Positions 14,135-26,849 of a stretch of 64,000 bases of DNA are shown in pieces. Source of the DNA: Azolla caroliniana (Eukaryota > Plantae > Polypodiophyta). A model generated the notes under the pieces. That model searched no databases, was not told the DNA's origin, and was given only the letters and a program-made list of their open reading frames with translations. The translations under genes and the position numbers were made by a program. Each line of letters opens with the position of its first letter. The first letter of the stretch is position 1. Location: the NCBI GenBank assembly GCA_043228905.1, contig JBHGNT010000015.1:3720001-3784000 (forward strand). The letters are read 5' to 3'.

Positions 14135-14650
14135 AATACATAATATACTCAAATGAATTGGCAAACATTCTCTTTCTACGAATTCAAGCGAATGCGTATG
14201 TTATCAAAACATTCTTATGTTTTACCATTAATACACATTTTACCTTAATTTTCTTACCTTAAAATATAATTTACCTTATAATAAATAATGAATACAAAAG
14301 TATGGTATTTACATGCCATACTTTCAGGTTGTTTAACATTCTCGAATGCGAATGCACGTATGGTACGTATAGTTCATACTATGGATACATACATGAGACT
14401 ATAATATGAACCATACATACCATACGTGTTTCAATCATTCGCGTACGAAAAACAGCCTCAAAGGAATGATAAATACCATACTTTTGGATTAACTATTTAT
14501 TATGAGGTAAATAAGCCTAAAACATGGAAAAAAACATTAAAAAAATTGGGAAAAAAACAAAAACAAAAGAATGTTTGAATAACATTCGCATTCGGTTTCC
14601 AACGTAGGAAAACGAATGTTATGCTAGACGAAGACGAATTTTACGTACTA
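14135..14650. mobile_element. About 500-bp imperfect foldback (palindromic MITE-like) element upstream of NEK
   Basis: Three nested arm pairs: 14164 aacattctctttctacg..gcgaatgcgtatgttatcaaaacattctt with the reverse complement of 14567-14620; 14269 tttaccttataataaata..caaaagtatggtattta with the reverse complement of 14471-14512; 14355 cacgtatggtacgtatagttcatactat with the reverse complement of 14401-14428. Confidence 0.85.
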
Positions 14651-16112
14651 TGCATGAGAGAGGGAGAAAGAGGGGGGGACAAAAGCGAGGAGATTGGGGC
14701 TGCATGTGTGAAACCGATTAGGGCTAATGACCCCACTAATCAACTGCTAATCAAGCTTTACCTCTTAATTAGATTAATTAAGTGCCACGCTTCTCTGTCC
14801 ATCGTCTCCTCCTTGCCTGCGTCTGCGTCTGCGTTTCCGTTTCTGCCATATCTGTCTGTGCCTGCGCCTGCGCCTGCGTATCTCTGTAGCACGAACGATC
14901 GACGTAGAATGGAAGAAGGAACGGGAGAATGGTAGCTAGCAGAAGAGCTCGCGTGCTCTCAGAAGATAGGGCCTCAGGAACCCCGGAATCGGAGGGATTG
15001 CTGAAGAGGGAGATCGGTCGGAAGGATTCGCTTCACGAATCGTGAAGGAATCGTCCCGGTCGAGATTACTGGAAGCAGAAGAATTTTGTCGAAGAAGCAG
15101 AAACGAAGAGAAGGAATTAGACCCGGAAGGCAGGATTGAAGAGGTGGACGGATTGGAGCTGGGAAGGAATGAAAAATTAGGAGAATTTGACGAAGAAAAA
15201 GAAGAAGAAGCAGACGACGATGAAGATGACGAATGCAGATGAGGTTTGGAGTTAGAAGCAGAAGGAGTAAAAGCAGAGGAACGAGGCGGGAATGAAGAAT
15301 TCGAAACACGAGAGAGGAAGAAGAAGAAGAATTGATCAAAAGCTGAAGCAGCAGGAGTGATAATTATAGCTTATACTGCATTACATAATTAATCCGTGCA
15401 ATTAACCAGTGCTGCAGCATCATGAGGCGATCACTTAACTTAAACAAACTGTCTGATTATTAAGAGGAATTTCTTATCTTTCATCTCCTACACTGAATGA
15501 ACTGATCTGATCTTCGTTCAAACATTAATGGCAAGTTCCCAAGAAATTCCAACGATCGGAAGAACTCATGTGAGCGGGAGCTCTTGGAAGTCTATGTTCT
15601 TCTTCTTTTATCCATGTCTTTTTCTTTTTTATTGTAACTCCAGTCCTTCTTTAACCTGAAATTCCGTACGTAGCAGCTCGCTAATTTTCTTTACTGTTGA
15701 ATAGCCATGGTTTCTTCGATCATAAGCATCTGAATTCCATACCAGTTTTGGCGTCGTTTTGAAGTTTCATCCTTTTTCGTAATCCTCCTGCAAATCTAGT
15801 TGCCAAACCTTTCCCTTTCTTCTGTCCGAATTATCTATCTGCTATTTTCTGAACTAAGTTCTGACATGAGCCATCACCAGATTATAATCCGTACAATATA
15901 TTCTTAAAAAAAAAAGCATACATCTCTTGCCGACATTGATGAATGCTTCTTATACTACGTTTATGTTTTCATCTTTGATTCTGCAGTTATAATCGCATTC
16001 GATCCTTTAATTCTGAAGTCTGATAAAAATCTACCTACAGTAGTGGATTTCGCTTTGCAATCAAGATAAGCTATTATATACAACTTGCAAACGAGCTCTT
16101 TCTGTGCTGATA

Positions 16113-19100
16113 ATGGCGGAATCAAAGATGGATCAGTATGAGCCCCTGGAACAGGTTGGGAGAGGTGCGTTCGGAAATGCCATTCTTGTGACCCATAAAC
16201 TCGAGCGGAGAAAGTAAGTCGTGATCCAGTTCTCATTTTAAAATGTATTGTTATGAGAATTAGCACATTCTGGAAGTAACTCAGTACATACAGATGTGGA
16301 TTCTTTTCATTTGCTTATTACAAGTGAGATGCTCTTACCGATTTTGCATATAATTAGGCAGGGAAAAATGTGCCTGTTAGGGTTTCTGTTTAGTGTGTCT
16401 TTTTTTCTTGATTTTGCACAGAAGTCTGGGAAAATATCTTTTAGGGTTTCTGTTTAGCCTTTTCTTTTCCTCAGTTCTGCATAATAGTCAGGAAACGTGT
16501 CTGCTAGGTTTTCTGATTAGCCTATGCTTTCTTTCTATCTATTTTGTATCTTAGCAAAGGAACCTGTCTAGAGTTTCTGTTTAACCTAATAAATAAATAA
16601 TCTGTAGCATCTTGCATATTTGGCTATTCTGTTGTTTTTCACATGTTTCTATTCGCAAAGGTATGTGCTGAAGAAAATCCGATTAGCTCGCCAAACAGAT
16701 CGAAATCGTCGCTCTGCACACCAGGAGGTCCCATTTCTCTGTGAGATAACTTAATACAGGCTATATTATTTTCGATTCCTCATGATTAAGCAGCATACCA
16801 TGCAGATGGAACTAATTGCCAAATTACAACATCCTTATATCGTTGAGTACAAGGACTCTTGGGTAGAGAAGGTAAGAGACACTGTTTTCTGGCTTGGTGG
16901 GCAAAACTCCATCTTGTAAGAGTAAGCCTAGGTTACTACTTGAACTCATTATTTACCTATTATTCTCTTTTGTAGGGCTGCTATATTTGCATTGTAACAG
17001 GATTTTGTGAAGGAGGGGATTTGTAAGTTCAATTCATCAATTTGGTCTTCATGAGTAACATGTAGCATAATGGTTTCTAGTTGTATTTATTTGATCGTAA
17101 TGAAATGCAGAGCTGAGGCTATTCGCAAATCCAATGGCGTTTTGTTTACAGAAGAGGTAAATTTATGTTGATATTCTGCCAAAGCAAGAGTGTAAGCTGC
17201 AATTCTCATAAAGATATGGGAAATGATGAATGCAAATCGCACAGCTGAAACAATGTGGTGTATATGCTTTATTCATCAGACTTTTAATAGCATCATCATT
17301 TTGCAATGTATACAGAAAATATGTAAATGGTTCGCACAACTACTATTGGCGTTAAACTACTTACACTCGAACCACATCATGCATCGAGATCTCAAGGTGC
17401 ACTATCTTCTCAGGAACAATGTGACTGTATAGATTATATCACATTCAACATATCCGGATCCAAAGGTTCCAGGAAAAAAATCTGTATTAATGAGTACATA
17501 AGTTTGATTGAGCTCCATTTGGTTTCTATAAAACTCTGTGCTCACAGTTTTTGTAGTATCATATTAGTAACATTATTTTTAACATTGCAGCATTATTCTA
17601 GCAACTCTTGCCCTATTATTACACACCCTGAGAGTAGTGTAGAAGCATGTGTTTTTTTGTTTAGGTTGGAATCGAATATGATTTTTTCTGAGCTCAGTGA
17701 TGAATGGAAATTTGAGACTGGATCCTATACAAGCTTGACATTTCTTTCTGATATAGGCTACTATTATCCCATCTCTCTGTATGCCCTTGAGATAAAAAAA
17801 TGTCAGATATGGCGATATCTTCACTTCAGGTGATTGATGTTATGACGAGTAATTTATTTGGAATTAGACTTCCGATTATGGAGGTTATGCATTAGCTAGG
17901 TCCTCAATGTTATTTGTAACACTGATACTAGAATTTCCTATTTCAAATGATGCTCCATGCACTCGTGAGAATGTCTATATGTGGCTCTGTCTAGAGTATC
18001 TGCAACTGTGTCATTTTAGTACATGTAATTCTTGAATATTTGTGTCACCATTGATCGCTTCTACAAATACCCTTGATGTTCTAATGAGAATGTTTATAGA
18101 TGTGTCACAGTTGCTTTACTACGAAAGAATTTGTAGACAATGCCTCCTTTTCTTTATGAATCAGTAGAAAATGGTCTTTGTGTCTATTGTTGTGTAACTG
18201 AAATGAGTTTTATACTTGCATTTTATCAGTGCTCCAATATATTCCTTACCAAGGATCAAGACGTCAAACTAGGTAAACAAAGCTGCTAACTGCTGTTATG
18301 CTTGGAAATGATTCCCATGTCATGCTTATGATTAAAAGGTAATTTGCACAGGTGACTTTGGTTTAGCGAAATTACTGAAGGATGATGATTTGACATCTTC
18401 GGTAAGATGTCTGAAGCCTTGGTAACATATGTATTGTTATGTCCTCTCAGAGAATATGTTTTCATGATTTCATTTTTTGCGTCAAAGGTTGTGGGAACAC
18501 CAAATTATATGTGTCCAGAGTTGCTTGCAGACATTCCTTATGGTTTCAAGTCAGACATTTGGTCATTGGGTATCTCCATTTTCGATTTGTGATATGTTGC
18601 TGCCATTTAGATCATGGAATGTATTATGTGAAAACCTTTTGATATTGTGCAGGATGTTGCATGTTTGAAATGTGTGCTCATAAGCCTCCATTCAAAGCAT
18701 TTGTAAGTGTACGAATTTCTTCCTTTCACACGTAACTCTATTACCATTTAAATAAGTGCATCTGTTCTCATAGATTGGAATCTCACAGGATATGGCTGGG
18801 CTCATTACCAAAATCAATAGATCAACAATTGCTTCTCTACCTAATTGTTACTCCGTTGCTCTGTAAGCATCTCATTGACCTCCTCATTCCTTTATTTCGA
18901 GTCTATATCCAATGTATAACAATGCATATTCACTTGGCTCACAGCAAAGGTCTCATCAAGCTCATGCTTAGAAAAAACCCAGAGCACAGGCCGACGGTAA
19001 GTTTAATCTTGGTGGTGTTTGCTTTGTAAATGTTCAACTTATATATGTACATGTTCCTCACCAATAGATATTGCATGATTTGAAACAGGCTGCTGAGCTC

Positions 19101-20831
19101 CTGAATAATCCGTATCTACAGCCTTACATTACACAAGCAAGGAAGTGTGTGGATTCTTCTCCACGACCTTCCCCCAATATGCATATCAAGAAGCGGTACT
19201 CTAACAGATCACAGACTAGATCTCAGAGCCCTGGTGCTAGGCAATCGCGTTGTGAAAGCAAGGATTTTAATAAGATGAGCCCAAAAGGCACTCCAATAAT
19301 TTCGAAAGCAATAAATGGAGTAAGAAAAACCACAAAAAATGGAATCTATCAAGGAGATGCTTTACCTATTCTTAACACTAGACCCCATCAAGATATCTCC
19401 AGATGCAAACAAAATCTTCTGGTTAAAAATGGCTCAGATTCGGATGACTTCGAAGTCAATGTATCTAATTGGGAAAATGAGATAAGTCCAGAGAAGCATT
19501 CTACCATCATTTTGGAAAGGGAGAGATCAGAGGTAGAGAACATTCCAATAAAAAGCTCTCTTTTCAAAGTACATGCAGATCTATCAGAAACAGAAATTAA
19601 TTGGGATAATGATAATAACAATCGTCCCATGAATTCTGATAAGATTTCTGTATCTGTGCTTGAACAGTGTGATGATTATCCAGTATTTGTCAGAAGAGAA
19701 CCAAATATGTCCATTCAACCATCACTGTTTGTCTCTAGCTTACCAGAAATAGAAAAACCGGGAACATTTGGGAAAAGTCTTGGTAGTATTGAACAGATTG
19801 GGAATTCAGATGAACGAAATACCACAGAATCCCAGCTTGCACGATACAGCTTTGATCCGAAAAGCTTGTTGTCTCCTGGTAATTATTCTACCCAGACTGT
19901 AAGTGATCCTAAAAGCATGTTCACCAACTTGTCCCCATGTAAAATGAAGGATATAGAGCCAATAGAAACCTTTAATGGCTGTATACCTGTAAGTCGATCT
20001 GATTTGGATGATGAGGTACAAGTGATGGTCAAGTTGGATACAAGTATTGAGAAAGTATCCAAGATCAGCAATAGTGTAGAAATGGAAAAAATCTTTGAAT
20101 CCGAAGATTCTACTGTTAGCTCACACGAAATGCTTGCATCTGATAAAAGACAGAAAGAAGGATCAGCCATTCACATGTGCTCTGAGTCACATGATGTGAG
20201 TGCCAATCATCCACAGTTATACGTGAGAAACATATGTGGGAATGATGTTACTCATTTGCAACAACAATCTTTATATCCTGCGGAAGGAGTACAAGAAACT
20301 CACAGGGTTTCCACTGTGGCGACAAATACGATCAATGGTCACTATTCACAGTTTGAAGCAAATAATTCAGACACTGCTACTTGCACTGACAGTAGATTAA
20401 TACACAATGTTATGGAATGTAAGACCAAGATGCAAGATAAGGATATCATCATCCAAGTAAATGAGAAAGAGTCTAAAAATAATGAACAAGCTATGCAGGA
20501 TTATATTGCTGTGACATCGGAACCTGAAATTCGACAGGATTATCAGAATGGTGAGCAGGGACTAAGCTTTATGGATGAAGTAGTAGAACAACAAAATGCA
20601 TTATGTGAGATCACAGAGAAAGAGAATGACATCTGGTACAAGGAGCGTGCTGAGGCATTGGAAGGACTTCTTGAAGTGTGTGCACAAATGTTACATCAGC
20701 AACGTCTGTCTGAGCTTGGCATTGTCCTCCAGCCCTTCAGTGTAGAAAGATCAAATGTGTCATCTAGGGAGACTGCTATATGGATAACAAAAAGCTTGGC
20801 ATCTGTCATGCAAGAACAAAGGAAGCATTGA
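16113..20831 (+). CDS. NEK: NIMA-related serine/threonine kinase (plant NEK5/NEK6-like) with C-terminal plant NEK conserved domain
   Basis: Spliced kinase domain: [52 protein letters not shown]|[55 protein letters not shown]. The last exon 19089-20831 ends with [46 protein letters not shown]. Confidence 0.95.
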
Positions 20832-21012
20832 TTCCCAATCCAGCATCCAAATTTGTTTTTAAAAAACTGGGAATTCTATCTTTCTTAACATATTAATTTT
20901 TTGGCCTTGCAAAATCCAGACTCCCCTCCAAGTACAGCTAAAGCACGGTGTAAGTTCATTAGAAGATGAAATTTTTTGTCTATTTTTTTTTCTTACAAAA
21001 AGTCCAATTCTT

Positions 21013-21196
21013 TTGTGTGGATAAAAGAAACGTAATCTGATTTCCTATCAATTCTTTTGTACCACTGAAATACTGCTGGACTCGACAATTTATGAAGGCA
21101 ATGGTTGTGTGGATAAAAGAAAGGTAATCTGATTTCCTATCAATTCTTTTGTACCACTGAAATACTGCTGGACTCGACAATTTATGAAGGCAATGG
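21013..21196. repeat. 92-bp tandem duplication downstream of the NEK stop codon
   Basis: ttgtgtggataaaagaaa(c/g)gtaatctgatttcctatc...gaaggcaatgg at 21013 and 21105. Confidence 0.95.
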
Positions 21197-24100
21197 GATG
21201 TTTTATGAAAAGCGGACAAGCTGCAAAAATATACCAGAAAATCCTCTGGGAGCTTGGGAGCCGGAGGTTCATTTTTTTCTTTCACTGAGAATTCTATTAC
21301 AACACTATAATCACCTGCCATATCGCACAATGTTAAGATTGCAGTCTATGTGTATTTTGTCCTCATGTACAGCTTAAGGATGTTGGAACTACAATAAAAC
21401 AAGCAATATACAGTTCCCCCTACATTGTGGGAATACTCTTATAGAGGTGTTTGTAATTCAATATATCAGTGTGCAAATCACTTGGTACAAGCATTACCAA
21501 AGCATATTCTTTTATTGATCCATTGATGACCTGATGGTTTTAAGGGTAGAGGTTGAAAACACTGATAGTACAGTGGTATTCAGCTGAAAGTTTTTGAGTT
21601 TATTGCACAATGACATTCATCTTTGGTGGATTGCCTTTGTTTTTTGTGAGCATGAACAATAACATTATACCAGAAAATGAAACAAACCTATCAGTGCCAT
21701 AATCGACAGACCCCCAAACCATGCCTAAATTTTTAACCCTAATGCCATACCCCTGTGATGGACAAAGACTTGTAACTTGGTGGGATTTAGATCACATTTA
21801 AGCTAAAAGCTTTCGAATTGCTTCATATAAATTAGATTCAGGCAAATGTGTTGAGGTAAGCAATGTAATCTTGATGGACCTGAATCATGGTATCAACATT
21901 TGATGAATTCATCCCTCATTTTCGTGAGCAAAATTGTTGATAAACCACATTGTGGTTAACCATCAATCGATAGTAGAGATCCCCACTGGATAAATGAACA
22001 ATTCCTTATGTTTGTCTTGTTGTGAGCCATGTGCCTAGTATCTTTGGTTGATGATAGTTGTCATCATGTATTGAAACCTAAGGCTCGTTATAAACCGTGC
22101 TCAATGTTTTGTGATAGCTTTTCTAGGATAAAGCCTAAGGCTCAATATAAAAACACTCAACATTTGCTTTTACTTAAAGGGAACATGTGCCACACACATA
22201 TTAATTACTCTACAACTAAAAAGACTTAAGTGAAAATCATGGGGCTGTCCTCAATTCTGAAGTTGCATAGAATACATGCAAAAAGTTGTATGGGCCTCTA
22301 AACCGCAAGGCTCTCCTCAATTGTGCTTTATCCATATGGGCCTTTAAAACTCAATGCTTTTTCTTTACCTTTGAGTTAACTACTAGTTTAAGGGGGTAAA
22401 ATATTCATGTGTGTGTATTTTGTCCACAATAAAAAAAACCACTTCTATTTTTTGGAAAAAAAAACTCACTTCTCATTTCTTTTTTGTTGTTGCCTTTTGC
22501 ATTTGTGATTGTTTACTACCAATGGATGGATTGATATGGGGGGGAAGTGGAAACAAACTAATAAAACAAAACATTAGGGTAAATGATGTGTTTCACAAGC
22601 TGCCTCTTCCATAAGCCACATTTTAACTACGATTTTTGTGTATATTACTTGGAGTAAGCAATATAGCCCCTATAGAAATTAATGTTGGTAATCACAACTT
22701 TGTCATGTGTTGTGTACATTTTATATATCCTTGAAGAATTTGGTCAAAATCACTTAAAAGACTACATATATATTGTTAGTAATCAATCAAGCACACATTC
22801 ATATGGGTGTATCGTTTCGTATCTCGAGGATATTTCAATTATAGTCAAAACAATCCCTCAATTCTCGGAGTTTGCATATATATTTTGTAAATGGATCATT
22901 CTCAAGTAAATAACATATGACAAATAAGACGCATAAAAGACGCATAAATTATCAGTTACCCAAGTGCTCCATTGGTGGGCATCAGCCCCAAAAATTAAAG
23001 GTTGTAACAACCTTCCAAATCAGTCATTGGACTCCTTTGTAGATATTGGTGAATGGTAATGTTGCATGGTCTCAAACAAACATATATGAATTTCTTTGAT
23101 AATTAGTAGGCAAAAACATTTTTAATTCAATGAAAGGATGAATTGAATAGAGTCATGGAATGCCAAACACATTGTGTGAGAACTACAATAGTAATAGCCT
23201 ATAGGTATTGTTGAAACCATTTTATTTATGCCCGGGATTTTTCTTTAAAGTGTTGAATTTTTCTTTCCCAACTTCAAAAGACATGCATGCTATTTTTTTA
23301 AATCTTCCCTATTGAAGGGCAACATCATTTTTGCACATAGAAAAGTATAGGCACCCTTTGAATTCTAGGGAGGAATCATTCATGGTGTTGCAAAGGTTAC
23401 ATGTTTAAGTTTGTGACATTTGTTAGGATTGATGACCTTAGTTGTGAACAATGGGCATCACTTTTATTATTGTTAATTTCTTTCTTCCATGCAATGTCTC
23501 TATTGGGGTACTGAGATCATATGTGTCCTACAAACACTCTTATCAATTTCAATGGACAACACTTTCATATATCATTGGTTTCTTTCTTCCAATGCCAAGT
23601 CATAGTTGCAACTTGCATCATTGAGCTTTCATGTGTTCTTTTTCAAGATAGTCTTATGGATTTTAGCTCTTGGGTTGCAGAAACTTAATTTGAAAAGCCA
23701 TCTTTTAGGGTGAAAGTTTAGTCATGGATGCTTCGTTCATCGTGAATGTAATAGTTCAAGATGTCATCATTAGAAGTGACATTTTATAAGGCAAATTATA
23801 AATTTCAACCCTTGGATTGTGGAAAATTAATTTTGTGACGCCATCTTTTCCTTATCTTGGCATAGAAACCTGTTTTTGCTTTGTACAACTCGAGGTACAT
23901 ATACCATATATGGTTATTAGTAATTTAGTATACATCTACATAATATGTTTAAACTCCTTACAATCTCAAACATATCATTGTATGCCTTGGAAAAACTTTA
24001 AATATACCCAAATACTTCATTCATCAAGAGGGATGCACATCACAATACTAATTAAGATTTAATTTGTGATTAGTGCTAATTATAGTTATTAACATTTGTG

Positions 24101-25329
24101 ATTAGTGATAATAATAGCAATTAACATTGTATACGAGGTAATGAGCATTTCAAAGTTAATTAATGTGATCAAAGAACCGCAACATGAAATGCTTATAATC
24201 ATAGTTACCTCACAGTGCTAATGATTTTGTTAGCACTAATCTAAATACTAATAACTCCAAGTAACCACAATGTTATTTATTGTAATTAGCACTAAAGATA
24301 ACATAATGTTAATTAACATTGTGATTAGTGTGTCTGTCCTAATGCATGATTGTTGTCGCAAAATATTAAATTAGGATTGACGGTTCTACTTTTTAAAAGG
24401 CATGACCAAACAATAGCCTTGGCCCCTAATAGGAGGGGTAAATTTGGATAGACTTAGCTTTAATGTCATGGCTTTGATATGATACGACTATACGTTAAGT
24501 AGGTCCTAAATAAATATCCAACCTCCACATGCCCAACCTTGTTCAATATCAATTTAATGATTATAAATCGTGAACTCAATCACTGCTACACATGCATACA
24601 TTTTATTTAACAATCAAAGTTTCTAATAATTGGTAAAGATAATGCTTTCACGCACATAATGCACTATTTGAGCACGAGGGAAGCAATGAACCTTGACAAA
24701 AACATTAATAGAATAGATGTTTAGTTGTCCATGAGGAGGCTGATTTTTTTCATGAAAGAATATCTTGCATTGGTATTAAAATTAAAGTGGCCAGAGGCAA
24801 TATACAAAATAGTCCAATATCACAATGAATATTGTAAAGCCGTGACAAACGACCCTAGCCAATCTTTCTAGGTAAAAATAAGTAAGAAAAAACCCCTAGC
24901 CAATCTTTATAGGCAAAGAAAATACAATGAAGCCATACCATTCTCAGCTTTCAGTATAGTTGTATTTCTCACAAACTACCTTCTACGCAAAGCATGGGAT
25001 AAGTGATATTCATCCAAGGTTTTGAATGCATGCCTTGCATATCTCCATATTTGGGTGATGATGCCATGATGCCACCTCAACACTTAGCTTCAACTTTGAA
25101 GAGGTTTTAAGGCTCTCCATGACCCAATGCTTATGGGGGATAGTGAGATGCAATGGATATGTTCTAGCATTTTGACCTTGTATGGGGGCCAACATTGGGG
25201 GTTAATATTTGCAATGTTATATTTCATTTTTCATATTTTAATATCTTGCCACTTCATCTTAAGTGCTTCTAGTAATATATCCTATATTATCACATACTTC
25301 ATAGCATCACTTTGACCTCTAACAGATCT

Positions 25330-26110
25330 TTTATTCCTCATCTCTTAAACTATTTGACAATGTCAAGCAACGCTCGGATCACCATAGCATTGAATAACAT
25401 CAATCTCATTTCCCATCCTCAAGTATCAGTTTAGTTGCATTGATTCTCAAACATATAATAAAATTTTCAACCTGCGTGAATTCTAGACTCATAACACACA
25501 TTCCACCCATTGTCCATAGGTTATTAATACCAAGATATTTGAAGCTTTGCACCACTTGTTTTGGTTCTTCCTTGTATGTAAACGTGGGGTAATGTCTTAG
25601 TTGTATTGCCTTTATTGCCATCATTTTTGTTTTGTCCACATTAACACTTAGCCCATTGATTTGGCAAAATGTGTCTAATACATCAAGTGTTCCATCTCAT
25701 CCAACGTATAAGAGAATAAAACAACATCATCAACATAAAGGAGTATAAAAATAAGGTCATGCATGAGTTTTGGGTCATCCAAACCTTCTTCTTGTGCAAC
25801 CTTTTACTATTTCTTCAAGTTTATCAATTCATAGACCAACGAACGTGGGAGAGAGTGGAGACCCTTGCTTGGTATCCATGTCGCTCAAAAAGTACTTTGC
25901 AAAACCACTATCCATTTTCAATTGGCATGTAATTTGCTCATATAATTGTGCTACAACTACTTTGTTTTCTAAAGACATTTTGAATTCTATCATTCTTTCC
26001 CAAAGCTCTCTCCTTGGTATAGTGTCAAAGGCTTTCTCAAAACCCAAAAACAATAATATAGCATTTTGCCTGGAACCATAATAGTTTGCACCAATCATGT
26101 AGTTTTGTAC
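25330..26110 (-). mobile_element. Decayed non-LTR retrotransposon (LINE, RTE/L1-like) reverse transcriptase fragment
   Basis: ORF 25829-26098 gives LFLGFEKAFDTIPRRELW..KQGSPLSPTF (compare FVDFRKAFD..GVKQGCPLSP). Downstream there are LLYVDD, LSVNVDKTKMM and FKYLG motifs broken by frameshifts. Confidence 0.88.
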
Positions 26111-26849
26111 TTCTCGCCTCTATTACCATGGTGAAGAAAACATGATTGATAAGTTGGCAAACTCAAAGTACTTTTTGTTATGGAGAAAGAAGGATAATTT
26201 GGGACAAGATTGGATAGCATTGAAAATATGTGCACTCCAAAGAGAGATAGGATTTGTTAACTTGTATGACCATACGGTGACATGAAGATTCTATTTTCTA
26301 ATCAATGATGTACAAAACTAGTGGCTTTTGTATCGAAAACGTTCAAATCAAATGTGGAGGAACAATATAGTAGCTAGTTGTGGCTTTGACAAACAAGTGA
26401 AACGTGGGAGTCCATGACAATATATCAATTCTTGACATCCTAGTTGAAGGTGTTTGAATATGTCCAACGGTGTCGACTTCCACATAGACAATATGCAAAA
26501 ATTTTGCCAAGTGAAATATTATGATATATCAACAGCATTGGGTTGGGACTTGGAGGGGCAATATAGTTTGTGGAGCTGAAGTATGAATACAACTCCAACT
26601 ATGAAAAAGAAGCAAAAAGCCAAAAGCCAAAAGCCAAAAGCAAAAGGGAAAGCCTGTTGGACCAGTGTAAGCTAATGCTAGGTTAAGGGGTAAATATGGG
26701 TAATAAATAATACATGTTGACGTGCCGATATTGTGGGTGCGGACCGCGGTTAGGTAATACAAGACGAGGCTCTAAGTAATGACGAGAAATCCTATGTATT
26801 TAAGCTAGCCACTTGGCCCCGTGTAGAGTTTCCTTTTTGCCCAATTTAC

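Noticed and set aside
14974-15339. ORFs in the GAA-rich region upstream of NEK
   Set aside because: Low-complexity purine-rich leader sequence that gives Leu- or Glu-rich translations. More likely 5' UTR.
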